56,302 nucleotides of DNA from a virus. The translations under genes were made by a program, and so were the position numbers. The stretch lies in the UHGV virus genome UHGV-0090450; one strand, given 5' to 3'. Every line of letters starts with the position of its first letter. Within the stretch, counting starts at the first letter, position 1. A model generated the notes under the pieces. That model ran no database searches. It was not told the origin of the DNA and saw nothing but the letters and a program-made list of their open reading frames with translations. This document shows, piece by piece, positions 40,158 to 49,696 of this stretch.

Positions 40158-40203
40158 ATTCGTAATGCGAAGGTCGTAGGTTCGACTCCTATTATCGGCA
40201 CCA
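40158..40203 (+). other. 3' fragment of tRNA-Thr (anticodon loop to CCA), att core
   Basis: ATTCGTAATGCGAAGGTCGTAGGTTCGACTCCTATTATCGGCACCA matches the 3' 46 nt of E. coli tRNA-Thr(CGU) as recalled; no matching 5' acceptor strand upstream. Confidence 0.7.
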
Positions 40204-40369
40204 TTCTAATGTCTCCCCAAGTCTACTCAAGTATTTAAAAACCTCTTATAATCCGCATGTTAGCGCCCCTTTTAGTCTTTTGACGTCTACTTAAGTACTC
40301 CAAAATCTACAGTCAATTGGGGGTACTTTTGGGGGTATTTGCTGTTCGGTTTAGTGGAGGTACCCCCAA
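40204..40369. promoter_or_regulatory. putative integrase arm-type sites between att core and int
   Basis: Direct repeats GTCTACT(C/T)AAGTA(T/C)T and GGGGGTA(C/T)TT. Confidence 0.4.
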
Positions 40370-41584
40370 GTGAAACTCAATGCCCGTCAAATAGACACTG
40401 CCAAGCCAAAAGAGAAGGCTTACAAGCTGGCTGATGGTGGTGGTCTGTATCTCTTGGTAAAACCTAGTGGAGGAAAATATTGGCGCTTCAAGTATCGTGT
40501 AGCTGGTAAAGAGAAGCTGTTAGCACTAGGTGTGTATCCTGAAGTTACCTTGGCTGATGCTCGTGCAAAACGTGAAGAAGCTAAAAGGGGTATCGCTGGG
40601 GGTATCGATCCGATGGAAGCGAAACGAGAGGAAAAGATTGCCCGGGAAACGCAGTTAAACAACACCTTCAAAGATATTGCCCTTGAGTGGCACAGCAGCA
40701 AATTAAAAAAATGGTCTGCTGGTTATGCTTCAGACATCCTCGAAGCCTTCAACAAAGATGTGTTCCCTTACATTGGCAAAAAACCAATCGCCGAAATCAA
40801 ACCACTTGAACTGCTGAATGTGCTGCGGCGCATCGAGGGGCGCGGTGCTACCGAAAAAGCCAAAAAAGTGAGGCAGCGATGTGGGGAAGTTTTCCGCTAT
40901 GCAATTGTCACTGGACGTGCTGAGTATAACCCTGCACCGGATCTCACCAGCGCGATGCAAGGTCATGAATCTAATCATTATCCTTTCCTCACAGCCAAAG
41001 AATTACCTGATTTTTTCAAGGCATTGTCCAGTTACTCAGGAAGTGCATTGGTTGTTATGGCGGCTCGTTTACTGATTATCACCGGTTTGCGGACTGGCGA
41101 ACTGCGCGGTGCATTATGGGATGAAATCGATCTCAACAAGGCTATCTGGGAGATACCTGCTTCACGGATGAAAATGCGTCGCCCTCATGTAGTGCCTTTG
41201 TCTGAGCAGGCTCTTTCGCTTATTGGGCAGATTAAAGAACTAACTGGCAATTATCCGCTTATGTTTCCCGGCCGTAATGATCCAAGGAAAACAATGAGCG
41301 AGGCTAGCATAAACCAAGTATTTAAACGCATCGGCTATAACGGAAAGGTTACTGGTCATGGCTTCCGGCACACTATGAGCACCATTTTGCATGAGCAGGG
41401 CTATAACACCGCGTGGATAGAGACACAGCTTGCGCACGTCGATAAAAACTCAATTCGTGGCACATACAACCATGCGCAATATCTGGATGGGCGGCGGGAA
41501 ATGCTTCAGTGGTACGCTGATTATATGGATTCGCTCGAGCATGGCGGAAATGTGGTGCATGGTGAGTTCGGAAAATGCGGGTGA
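40370..41584 (+). CDS. int: tyrosine integrase (P4 type, N-terminal arm-binding domain)
   Basis: N-terminus KLADGGGLYLLVKPSGGKYWRFKYR, C-terminal catalytic region (HGFRHT, LAH...RGTYNH); GTG start after GGAGG; adjacent to tRNA fragment. Confidence 0.9.
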   Translation: MKLNARQIDTAKPKEKAYKLADGGGLYLLVKPSGGKYWRFKYRVAGKEKLLALGVYPEVTLADARAKREEAKRGIAGGIDPMEAKREEKIARETQLNNTFKDIALEWHSSKLKKWSAGYASDILEAFNKDVFPYIGKKPIAEIKPLELLNVLRRIEGRGATEKAKKVRQRCGEVFRYAIVTGRAEYNPAPDLTSAMQGHESNHYPFLTAKELPDFFKALSSYSGSALVVMAARLLIITGLRTGELRGALWDEIDLNKAIWEIPASRMKMRRPHVVPLSEQALSLIGQIKELTGNYPLMFPGRNDPRKTMSEASINQVFKRIGYNGKVTGHGFRHTMSTILHEQGYNTAWIETQLAHVDKNSIRGTYNHAQYLDGRREMLQWYADYMDSLEHGGNVVHGEFGKCG

Positions 41585-41706
41585 CTGGTTGAGTATACAG
41601 TAGTAGACTTTGAGCGACGAAAGAAAAGGCTGTGTCTAGGGTCGCTCCCGAAAATCCGTACACCTCGACGGACTGGTACAGCCACTACAGTAGAGGACGC
41701 TGAGGT

Positions 41707-42510
41707 GTGCGTATGATTGATATTCATGCCGAATTAAACGAATACAAAAAAGATTTTATTTCTTTACGTGAATTTCTTGAGGTCGTGCTTAAGGTCGCTG
41801 GTGATGATTATGATGTTTCAGATGTCATAACTTGGATACTCAGGAGAATAAGCGGAGAACATATCCGCCTGTACACAGTAAATGAATTTAAGCTGTTGGA
41901 ATCTTTTTGTAACCCGTATCGGGATGAATTTGATAATGATGTTCTTTATAGAAATCTGAATGCGGTTCGGAAACGTGGTTGTTTACCTGGTGAGAGGGAT
42001 GAAAATGGTTTTCTGGTGTCCGGTTATTGGGAAGATCCCGAATTTGAGAACATTGGATTTATAAGGGGTGAAATTTTCGCAATTTTTCCCGATGTCCTTG
42101 ACGCGTTAACGAAGCTGGAAGGCGCTAACTCTTCTGAAAATGACGAGGCACAAGGACGCGATATTGAAAAGAAAGAGTTGCGTACAGAGGATGATTTATT
42201 ATCCCAAATCGCAATGCTGGAAAAAGAAAACGCAGAGTTAAGGGCAAGGATAGAGCAGTTAGAGCAAGAGCGCCCGATACACTTATATAAATACTGGGAT
42301 AAAGACCCATTAGCTAAGGCTATTGAGATTAGAAACAGAGAGTGGGCCAATTACGATCCAGAAAATGATTTTGCCACCAGGGGAAATCAAGAAGCGATAA
42401 CCAGGGAGCTTAAGCAGTGGGGGGCAAGTAATGCACTTGCAACGCTCATAGAGAGGACTGCCTGCCCTATTAACCGAGACAACAGCCAAAAGAACGCAAA
42501 GCCGGATTAA
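41707..42510 (+). CDS. hypothetical protein (267 aa) with C-terminal coiled coil
   Basis: AT-rich ORF between int and alpA; no recognised domain. Confidence 0.5.
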   Translation: MRMIDIHAELNEYKKDFISLREFLEVVLKVAGDDYDVSDVITWILRRISGEHIRLYTVNEFKLLESFCNPYRDEFDNDVLYRNLNAVRKRGCLPGERDENGFLVSGYWEDPEFENIGFIRGEIFAIFPDVLDALTKLEGANSSENDEAQGRDIEKKELRTEDDLLSQIAMLEKENAELRARIEQLEQERPIHLYKYWDKDPLAKAIEIRNREWANYDPENDFATRGNQEAITRELKQWGASNALATLIERTACPINRDNSQKNAKPD

Positions 42511-42519
42511 CGCACCATA

Positions 42520-42675
42520 CCGCATACCCTGAGGGTGATTTACTGTTACCCTGAGGGTATTTTTTTATCTTCCCCGTCAATTTTACCATCACCCTTAGGG
42601 TAGATTTCCTCCCGATTACCATCACCCTTAGGGTAGATTTCCTTCCGGTAACCATTAGGCCTGAGGGTATGAAAA
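42520..42675. repeat. five copies of ACCCT(G/T)AGGGT-containing repeat upstream of alpA
   Basis: Includes two identical 26-bp units ACCATCACCCTTAGGGTAGATTTCCT. Confidence 0.65.
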
Positions 42676-42737
42676 TATTCGTTATTTCTGTGCCATGATT
42701 ACCTCGTCAAATTGAGTAGACGTTATGAGGTAAATAT

Positions 42738-42935
42738 ATGTCAAATACGCTTATTCGTTTAACAGAAGTTCAGCGTAGAACTGGATATAGCAAGGCATGG
42801 ATTTATCGCCTTATGGGGCAAGGTAAATTTCCTGCATCAGTTAAAATTGGCTCGCGAGCTATTGCTTTCGTTGAGAGTGAAATTGACGAGTGGATTAATC
42901 AGCGTATTGCGGAATCACGCGGAACAGCTACCTGA
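42738..42935 (+). CDS. alpA: AlpA-family transcriptional regulator / excisionase-like
   Basis: 65 aa, LTEVQRRTGYSKAWIYRLMGQGKFP HTH. Confidence 0.85.
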   Translation: MSNTLIRLTEVQRRTGYSKAWIYRLMGQGKFPASVKIGSRAIAFVESEIDEWINQRIAESRGTAT

Positions 42936-43012
42936 TTAAATGGCTACGGGGCTATTGCCCCCAGCTATCCACCAGCAAATAAAAGTAACTTAATTCGATA
43001 GCAGGAGTTTTT

Positions 43013-43420
43013 ATGAAATTTCCAAAAACGCCCGTACAGGGGCGGGGCTTCGTTCGGCCTGAAAACCAGAATCTGCAAAATTTCGGCGAAATTATCCCGA
43101 TTATTTCCGGCGTTATTGGCGGGAGTGAAACCACTATTGTTAGCGCCAGAGCGTTATATAAGGCGTTAGGTGTAGGGCGCGTTTTCCGTTCGTGGATCAA
43201 GGGGCGCATTGAAGAATACGGGTTCACGGAAGGCGTGGATTATGAGGTTGTTGAATATTTGAGCCGACCCGATCCGGTGAGCGCAAAATCTCGCCAGCAA
43301 ACCGCTCTTGAGTACATCATCACAGTGAACATGGCGAAAGAACTGGCGATGGTCGAACGTACCGAACAGGGCCGCGCCGTTCGCCAGTACTTTATCAAAT
43401 GCGAGGAGGAGCTACATTAA
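43013..43420 (+). CDS. antirepressor-like protein (ORF6N/AntA-type domain)
   Basis: FRSWIKGRIEEYGFTEGVDY and ITVNMAKELAMVERTEQGRAVRQYFIKCEE match ORF6N/AntA pattern. Confidence 0.65.
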   Translation: MKFPKTPVQGRGFVRPENQNLQNFGEIIPIISGVIGGSETTIVSARALYKALGVGRVFRSWIKGRIEEYGFTEGVDYEVVEYLSRPDPVSAKSRQQTALEYIITVNMAKELAMVERTEQGRAVRQYFIKCEEELH

Positions 43421-43424
43421 GCCA

Positions 43425-43742
43425 ATGTGTGCCGCGCTGGAGGCGTACCGGGCTGAACTGGGTAAAAACACACTCCAGCACCACTACACCACGGAAGCGA
43501 ACATGCTGGCGCGTATCGTGCTGGGTGGCATGACTGCAAAACAGTGGGCACTGGCGAACGGCATTACAGGCGAACCACGCGACCACATGAGCACGTTGCA
43601 GCTTGAGCACCTTTCTTACCTTGAGCAGAGCAATATCACGCTGATTGAGTTAGGCCAGGACTACCACCAGCGGAAGGCTGAATTAATTCGTCTTTCGCAG
43701 CGTTGGTTAGCCCGTCGCATGGAGGAAAACAGCCATGTGTAA
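43425..43742 (+). CDS. hypothetical protein (105 aa)
   Basis: ORF immediately downstream of antirepressor-like gene. Confidence 0.4.
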   Translation: MCAALEAYRAELGKNTLQHHYTTEANMLARIVLGGMTAKQWALANGITGEPRDHMSTLQLEHLSYLEQSNITLIELGQDYHQRKAELIRLSQRWLARRMEENSHV

Positions 43743-44414
43743 CGCTCTGACCGTTACAAAAAGAGAAAGCGCCCCGTTGCCGGAGCGCCTTTGTGAACGA
43801 ATAGCCTACTGCGCCATATTGCTTACTGTCTACGAGGCAGATTATAGCGTTGTGGTCGCACAGAGTGAAGGCGCTGATCACCGTTACTACAGCACGCCAG
43901 AAATGCAGAATATTTTGCTGCAAAATGTCGTTGGTCACACTGTCCGGAAAGCAAAAAATTTTGCTGGTGGCGCGACTGATGCGATTTTGTCAGGTCGCCA
44001 GGTGCTGATCAATCTGATGTCTAATTTCGTTCTGGATAAAACAAAGGCGACCGCAGAGGGCCACCAGTGGGAAAGCTACACACTTGAACACATCGCCAAC
44101 AATGCCAGATTTGCGGCTGGTGGGCAATGTGATCAGTGTGCTGGCTTGCTGGTGGGCTATTCCTGCTCTTTAACATTGCCATGCCGCGATGTTTTCCAGG
44201 TATGCGACCCCATTTTTGTGCGCCTGTACTCTTTAAGGAATTTCTCAAGGATAAACGCACAGGGCGCGAATCTGTCTGACTCATATTCGTACGCTATCTT
44301 TCTGCGCTGTCTTTTCCGTGCCGGTGATGGTGTATTGGTCGATTCTTTGTTGGTCATTCTGTGTACCTGTAAAGCAATGCGCCGGAGTTCCTCACACCAC
44401 GGCGATGATAGTTA

Positions 44415-44720
44415 TTATTCTGATTCTTTGGCCTTGCGGCGCTGGAGTTCTTCACGTGCGACGGTGACGAGCTGCCCGATCTCCTCGACAGCTTTGACTC
44501 CGATTTTTTCTACCTGCGCCAGTGCATTGAGCGAAGAAACCAGGGGATTTTCTCCGCTTCCTTCTGCCTGGCGGCGGGCGATCTCACCACGCATGGCGGT
44601 TACTATGAATCCGGCGTTGCTTTCGCCGTCCAGTTTTACGGATTCCATGCCTTCAAAAGCATCATGTGGGATACGAATTGAAATCTGTTTTGATTTGTCG
44701 TTGATAGTGTTTTTTGCCAT
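44415..44720 (-). CDS. hypothetical small protein (about 101 aa), possible regulator
   Basis: ATG (MAKNTIND) preceded by AGGAGA; track ORF extends to 44759. Confidence 0.45.
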   Translation of the reverse strand: MAKNTINDKSKQISIRIPHDAFEGMESVKLDGESNAGFIVTAMRGEIARRQAEGSGENPLVSSLNALAQVEKIGVKAVEEIGQLVTVAREELQRRKAKESE

Positions 44721-44907
44721 GTGCATTCTCCTAAACAAAAGATGTGATTCAGTATACACAAAAAAGAATCACAAAAAATACTTGACCTGTGATTCAGTTA
44801 AATTTAATTTAAATCACACCTCAGTAAGAGGATATAAACGACAACGCCCCGAACTGTTTGCGGCAGTAGCGGGGCGTCTAACCAAACCGTTAAATGAGGT
44901 AACGATT

Positions 44908-45273
44908 ATGGCTGGGGCACAGCATACCCAAACTCACCCTAAATTTATATACACCTTCCTGGCGGTGCACCGTGATTGCATGGCTGACGGTAAAAACACT
45001 GTTCATGTAGCCGCCGATACGCTGGTTGATGCCTGCGAGATGCTCAATGACATGGGCTATATCTCGGCAACATGGAAAGGGCGCGAAGAAAACACGTTGT
45101 TTATTCAGAAATGCGAAAACAATTTTATCTGGCGTTTTATCGCCCTGAGTACGGCACAACCGCGCGTGATTCACATCGAGGCCACCAGCGAACAGGAAGC
45201 ACGCCAGCAATCTCCTGATGGCTGCGTGATGGTATTCGCTGCCCGTATTCGCCAGGAGGTGGAGCATGTGTAA
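44908..45273 (+). CDS. hypothetical protein (about 121 aa)
   Basis: ATG at 44908 (MAGAQHTQTHPKF) preceded by GAGGT; protein-like composition unlike the upstream part of track ORF 43735-45273. Confidence 0.45.
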   Translation: MAGAQHTQTHPKFIYTFLAVHRDCMADGKNTVHVAADTLVDACEMLNDMGYISATWKGREENTLFIQKCENNFIWRFIALSTAQPRVIHIEATSEQEARQQSPDGCVMVFAARIRQEVEHV

Positions 45274-45490
45274 TGCAACATGGCCTGATGCAGCGGTAGA
45301 CGCTATCAAAACGCTGATGGATTCACTTATTGAGATTTCTGCTATCGCTGGTGTGGCGCATAAACACGCAGCCAGAGAATCAGAATGCATCTCCCATTAT
45401 TTAGCATTTGTGCAGCTGAAAGCCGATCAGGCACTGGATAAGGCCGGAAAAATTATCATGGCTGATGTACAGGAGGTGCACCATGCATAA
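45266..45490 (+). CDS. hypothetical small protein
   Basis: Tightly packed co-directional ORF upstream of primase. Confidence 0.4.
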   Translation: MCNATWPDAAVDAIKTLMDSLIEISAIAGVAHKHAARESECISHYLAFVQLKADQALDKAGKIIMADVQEVHHA

Positions 45491-45848
45491 CCTGTCAATT
45501 TCTGACCTTAACAGCATTCAGTTTGACGAGATATTTTCCGGGCAGCTACTGGTCAACGTGGAGAATGGACGCGTGGTAAGTAATTATCACCTGCCGGATG
45601 GTGCAATTGCCGGAAGCGTTGAAGCATTGCTGGAACTGGCGGAACGTGCGCGACTGATTAAGCCGTCAACGTGCCATCACGATGATGATCTGCATTTTAC
45701 CGGGTGTATGGTGAGTCACTACGAAAACGGCGTTGAAGTATCCTGCGAACGTCTGCGTGATGATTGCTGTTTCGGCACACTGCCGGAATTTATCGAATTG
45801 CTGACCAGTTGCGGTTATCAGGTCATTCAGGGGGGTAAACATGCGTGA
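45465..45848 (+). CDS. hypothetical small protein
   Basis: Tightly packed co-directional ORF; alternative start at 45483. Confidence 0.4.
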   Translation: MYRRCTMHNLSISDLNSIQFDEIFSGQLLVNVENGRVVSNYHLPDGAIAGSVEALLELAERARLIKPSTCHHDDDLHFTGCMVSHYENGVEVSCERLRDDCCFGTLPEFIELLTSCGYQVIQGGKHA

Positions 45849-46074
45849 TGATCGTTTTAATTCCCTGAAACAGGAGTTTGATGGCGCACCGGAAGATACA
45901 TCGGGCGCATTGTTGAGCATTGCTGACATGATGAAAGCTGCATATTTTCTTATCAATACCAGTGGCTACAAGTCAGAGGGTGAAATGATTCTTAGTATTG
46001 CGTCGGACTATGCTGAATATGTGGCAGAGACGCGTTACAGAAGAAAATCTCTGGAGGATGTAAGCCATGCATAA
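45841..46074 (+). CDS. hypothetical small protein
   Basis: Tightly packed co-directional ORF. Confidence 0.4.
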   Translation: MRDDRFNSLKQEFDGAPEDTSGALLSIADMMKAAYFLINTSGYKSEGEMILSIASDYAEYVAETRYRRKSLEDVSHA

Positions 46075-46267
46075 TCATGAAGCGCATGTACCCGTAGTGC
46101 TTAATGTGCCAGATGATTTCACCGGACGCGTGCTGGTTTACCTTGATAAAGAAAAAGTGAAATCACAATGCCGACTGAAAAGTAATGAGATTGTGGGTTC
46201 TCCTGAATTTTTTTCTGAACTCTGTATTCGTGCAGAAATAAAACCGGAACTGCTGACAGGAAAATAA
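46067..46267 (+). CDS. hypothetical small protein
   Basis: Tightly packed co-directional ORF. Confidence 0.4.
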   Translation: MHNHEAHVPVVLNVPDDFTGRVLVYLDKEKVKSQCRLKSNEIVGSPEFFSELCIRAEIKPELLTGK

Positions 46268-46271
46268 AACC

Positions 46272-46562
46272 ATGAAAAGGAAAAATTCTGGCTTTACTGC
46301 CAGCGGTCTCTCTCGGCCTGAAATCAGACACGGAGATATTTACCGCGACACCAGACGTGGGGGACGAGTGGTTATTCGTCACGTTACGCCAGGCAATATC
46401 ACCTACCGCCGTGAGGCTTACGAATATGACTGCGTAATGCCGCGCCGTCAGTTTGAGCGTGATTTTATTCTGGTGGAAAACAAACAACAGGCAGTGGCGA
46501 GACGTGCAGCCACGAATATTAAAAAAATCCGGGCAATGTTGGTTGCGGGAGGTAAGAAGTGA
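46272..46562 (+). CDS. hypothetical small basic protein
   Basis: ORF overlapping primase start. Confidence 0.45.
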   Translation: MKRKNSGFTASGLSRPEIRHGDIYRDTRRGGRVVIRHVTPGNITYRREAYEYDCVMPRRQFERDFILVENKQQAVARRAATNIKKIRAMLVAGGKK

Positions 46563-48364
46563 AAAACGCACCGAATTTAAAATATCAGCCGAAGGATAAA
46601 TTCACCGAGGTAATCATTTTTGCCGGGACGGATGCTTACGCCCATGCTCAACACTGGATTGAAAGCGAAGGACGAAAACACGGCGATAACGTGCCTCCTG
46701 TTTACCTGGGGCCAAAGCAACTGGCAGACCTGGCGAATATCCGCATTGTCGACGATGAACGCCGCTTTGCGCGTGTCTATCTCGCGGGGGAGATAGAGCC
46801 AATCCAGATCAATGCTATTGCTGAAAAGCTGGCGCTGGCTGGTGTACAGGACGCGAAATTATACAAAGGTATCACCGACCGGGAGCCGGAAAACTGGCGC
46901 GACTACCTGCAACGGATCCGCGAACAGGCAGAGAGTGGGGAAGTTTCAGCGATGAAATTAGCCACAAAAAATATTGACCTATCCAGGCCAGCACTAAATC
47001 AGATGGGAGCCAGCCAGAGAGGGGAAGTGTTACTTGAATATTATGGAAGAGCACTGGCTATAAATGATGATTCTGATGTAGTTCACCATTACAACGGAAT
47101 TGTCTGGGTGCCTGTATCTGATAAGGAACTCCAGCGGTCTATGGCGAAGATTTTTATTGATGCTGGAATCAGTTATTCGCAAAACGCCATTAAATTTGCC
47201 GTAGACACAATGAAATTGAGCCTGCCTGTTATGGGCGGGGCAGACAGGAATCTTATTGGATTCAGTAACGGGGTATTTGATACCCGGACGGGAAATTTTC
47301 GGGAGCATAACAAAAATGACTGGTTGTTAAATGCCAGTGAATTACCGTTCAGCCCACCAGCAGAGGGGGAAACGCTGGCAACACATGCGCCGAATTTCTG
47401 GAAGTGGCTGCGTCGTTCGGTGGCAGATAATGATCGTAAAGCTGATCGCGTACTGGCGGCATTATTCATGGTGCTGGCGAACCGGTACGACTGGCAGTTA
47501 TTCCTTGAGGTAACAGGCCCAGGCGGAAGCGGTAAAAGTGTGATGGCTGAGATTTGTACCATGCTGGCGGGTAAGGCCAACACAGTATCGGCAAGCATGA
47601 AGGCTCTGGAAGACGCAAGGGAACGCGCGTTAGTAGTTGGCTTTTCGCTGATTATCATGCCGGATATGACTCGCTACGCTGGCGATGGTGCAGGAATTAA
47701 GGCAATTACTGGCGGCGACAAGGTGGCAATTGATCCGAAACATAAAGCCCCCTACTCCACACGTATTCCGGCAGTAGTGCTTGCGGTAAACAATAACGCC
47801 ATGTCATTCAGTGACCGAAGCGGGGGGATCTCGCGTCGTAGGGTGATATTTAATTTCTCTGAGGTCGTACCGGAGAACGAACGCGATCCCATGCTGGCGG
47901 AAAAGATAGAAGGCGAACTGGCGGTAGTGATTCGCCATTTGCTAACACGATTTACCGACCAGGACGAAGCTAAAAGACTACTTTATGAGCAGCAAAAATC
48001 AGAAGAAGCGCTGTTGATAAAGCGCGAAGGTGATTCACTGGTGGACTTTTGCGGCTATCTGATGTCGTTGGTTAAATGTGAAGGAATGATGGTGGGCAAT
48101 GCGGAAATAGTGCCATTTAGCCCGAGGCGATACCTGTATCATGCTTATTTAGCCTATATGTCAGCGCATGGCCTGGGAAAACCAGTATCACTGACACGCT
48201 TTGGTACTGATATGCCAGGAGCTATGGCGGAATACGGAAAGGAGTATAAGCGGGCTAAATGCACTAAAGGCCCGGATAAAGGGCGAGTGATAACAAATGT
48301 TCTGTTAGATGATGATGCTGATGGCTGGTTGCCAGCAGCTACAGGGATTAACGACAGAACATAA
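46559..48364 (+). CDS. primase / replication protein (P4 alpha-like)
   Basis: 601 aa; Walker A-like GPGGSGKS in C-terminal half; followed by iteron origin. Confidence 0.85.
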   Translation: MKNAPNLKYQPKDKFTEVIIFAGTDAYAHAQHWIESEGRKHGDNVPPVYLGPKQLADLANIRIVDDERRFARVYLAGEIEPIQINAIAEKLALAGVQDAKLYKGITDREPENWRDYLQRIREQAESGEVSAMKLATKNIDLSRPALNQMGASQRGEVLLEYYGRALAINDDSDVVHHYNGIVWVPVSDKELQRSMAKIFIDAGISYSQNAIKFAVDTMKLSLPVMGGADRNLIGFSNGVFDTRTGNFREHNKNDWLLNASELPFSPPAEGETLATHAPNFWKWLRRSVADNDRKADRVLAALFMVLANRYDWQLFLEVTGPGGSGKSVMAEICTMLAGKANTVSASMKALEDARERALVVGFSLIIMPDMTRYAGDGAGIKAITGGDKVAIDPKHKAPYSTRIPAVVLAVNNNAMSFSDRSGGISRRRVIFNFSEVVPENERDPMLAEKIEGELAVVIRHLLTRFTDQDEAKRLLYEQQKSEEALLIKREGDSLVDFCGYLMSLVKCEGMMVGNAEIVPFSPRRYLYHAYLAYMSAHGLGKPVSLTRFGTDMPGAMAEYGKEYKRAKCTKGPDKGRVITNVLLDDDADGWLPAATGINDRT

Positions 48365-48384
48365 TACGAAATTTATAAGCTGAA

Positions 48385-48730
48385 ACGTAAAGGTAGACGG
48401 TTGGTAGACAGATTCACTTAACCCTCTACCAACCATCTACCAATTAATATTTTGAATTATAAAGATATTTTCAATGTGGTAGAGAGGTAGACAGTTATTT
48501 CTATATTCCTAAACCACGGGGGGTATATAAAAAACAGATAGTTAAGGGGGCATTTTTTAAATTTCTCTTTTAACTGTCTACACTGTCTACCATTTAGTAA
48601 AAATCATTAATTATCAATGTATTAATGCGGTAGACCGTTGGTAGACAGTTTGCAGATTGTTTTTTTGTTATGTGTTAATAACATTAAATAAATCAATCAA
48701 TTATATCGGTAGACAGTTGGTAGACAGTTG
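48385..48730. repeat. iteron array GGTAGAC-N-GTTGGTAGACAG (6 copies, both orientations) with AT-rich spacers; probable satellite origin
   Basis: Copies near 48390, 48420 (inverted), 48475, 48575 (inverted), 48626, 48706. Confidence 0.7.
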
Positions 48731-48735
48731 TAACG

Positions 48736-49278
48736 ATGGGGCAAAGCATGACTAAGCTGACCATTAACAGAAAACCAAAAGGTATTTACGGCACGCCGCA
48801 GAAAACGACGCAGGCGGCACAGGAGCAGGATAAAACCACATCGGCGCATAAAGTGATGCCCGGTAACCAGAAAGCGCAGCAGAAGCCTACAGGGGCGACA
48901 CCGTGGCGGCATATGACCAAACGCCAGCGCAAAAACCGCAGGCGCGTTAACCGCCTCACTGAGTTGTGGCCTGACTTATTCAGCCGGGAAGCACTGAAGC
49001 CGCTTAAGGTGGGGATATTCGACGACCTGATGCAGGATCTCGCCGTCAGGGGGCTGGCATTCGGGCCAGGGGCATTGCGTGCGACGCTGGCATCTTATGC
49101 GCAGTGTCCGCGCTATTACCGCGCCTTAATGGCTGGTGGGGTACGCTACGACCTGAAAGGCCAGCCGTGCGGCGAGGTGACACCACAGGAACAACAGGAC
49201 GCAGAAACGCGGCTGGTGGCGCTGAATGAGAAGCGCAAACGCCAGCGCCGGGCAGCAAAGGAGACAATAGGCGCATGA
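48736..49278 (+). CDS. FinO/ProQ-like RNA-binding protein
   Basis: LKPLKVGIFDDL and CPRYYRALMAGGVRYDLKGQPCGEVT match the FinO/ProQ domain pattern as recalled. Confidence 0.6.
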   Translation: MGQSMTKLTINRKPKGIYGTPQKTTQAAQEQDKTTSAHKVMPGNQKAQQKPTGATPWRHMTKRQRKNRRRVNRLTELWPDLFSREALKPLKVGIFDDLMQDLAVRGLAFGPGALRATLASYAQCPRYYRALMAGGVRYDLKGQPCGEVTPQEQQDAETRLVALNEKRKRQRRAAKETIGA

Positions 49279-49562
49279 TTCACGACAGCAAAGCGGAAGC
49301 ACTGGAAGCGCGTGGTCTGTACCGGAGAGCGGCGGCGCGGTGGGCTGAGGTCATCATGCTGGCGAATGATGACAAGGCACGGGAACAGGCGGCAAAACGT
49401 CGCGCGGAATGTATCCACAAGGCAGCACGCCCACCAGCAAGGCAGGATAATTTCGGGGAGATGCGCGAAACCATCAGCCGGGCACATGCCGGGATGGGAT
49501 TACATCAGCCCAATGGTGAGGCATTCAGGAAATACCAAAAAAAGAACAATTGTAGTCAGTAA
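49275..49562 (+). CDS. PerC-family regulator-like protein
   Basis: LEARGLYRRAAARW motif; paralogous to 5217-5711. Confidence 0.55.
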   Translation: MIHDSKAEALEARGLYRRAAARWAEVIMLANDDKAREQAAKRRAECIHKAARPPARQDNFGEMRETISRAHAGMGLHQPNGEAFRKYQKKNNCSQ

Positions 49563-49696
49563 CAGAGGATGGGATTCTCTTGGTTTTTTGTTGATGCTTT
49601 CTGAGGAAATCTACTACGTTGCTGAGCAGATGAATATTCAATTGCATCTGGGTTCCTGATAAGATTAATCTGAATATTTTCATTTGGAATAGGGAT

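Noticed and set aside
40128-40203. Complete tRNA-Thr gene
   Set aside because: Only the 3' 46 nt match; the upstream sequence cannot pair with the acceptor 3' strand, so it is an att-site fragment.
43735-45273. 512-aa ORF in the six-frame track
   Set aside because: Middle of the translation is Ser/Cys/Arg-rich noise and it runs antisense through a minus-strand gene with a good RBS (44415-44720); the tail end corresponds to a separate gene starting at 44908. Treated as a chance open frame spanning several real genes; the extent of any real gene starting at 43735 is uncertain.
48385-48730. Possible CRISPR array (also considered for 42520-42675 and 52570-52860)
   Set aside because: Repeats occur in both orientations with irregular spacing and no cas genes; better explained as iterons or operators.
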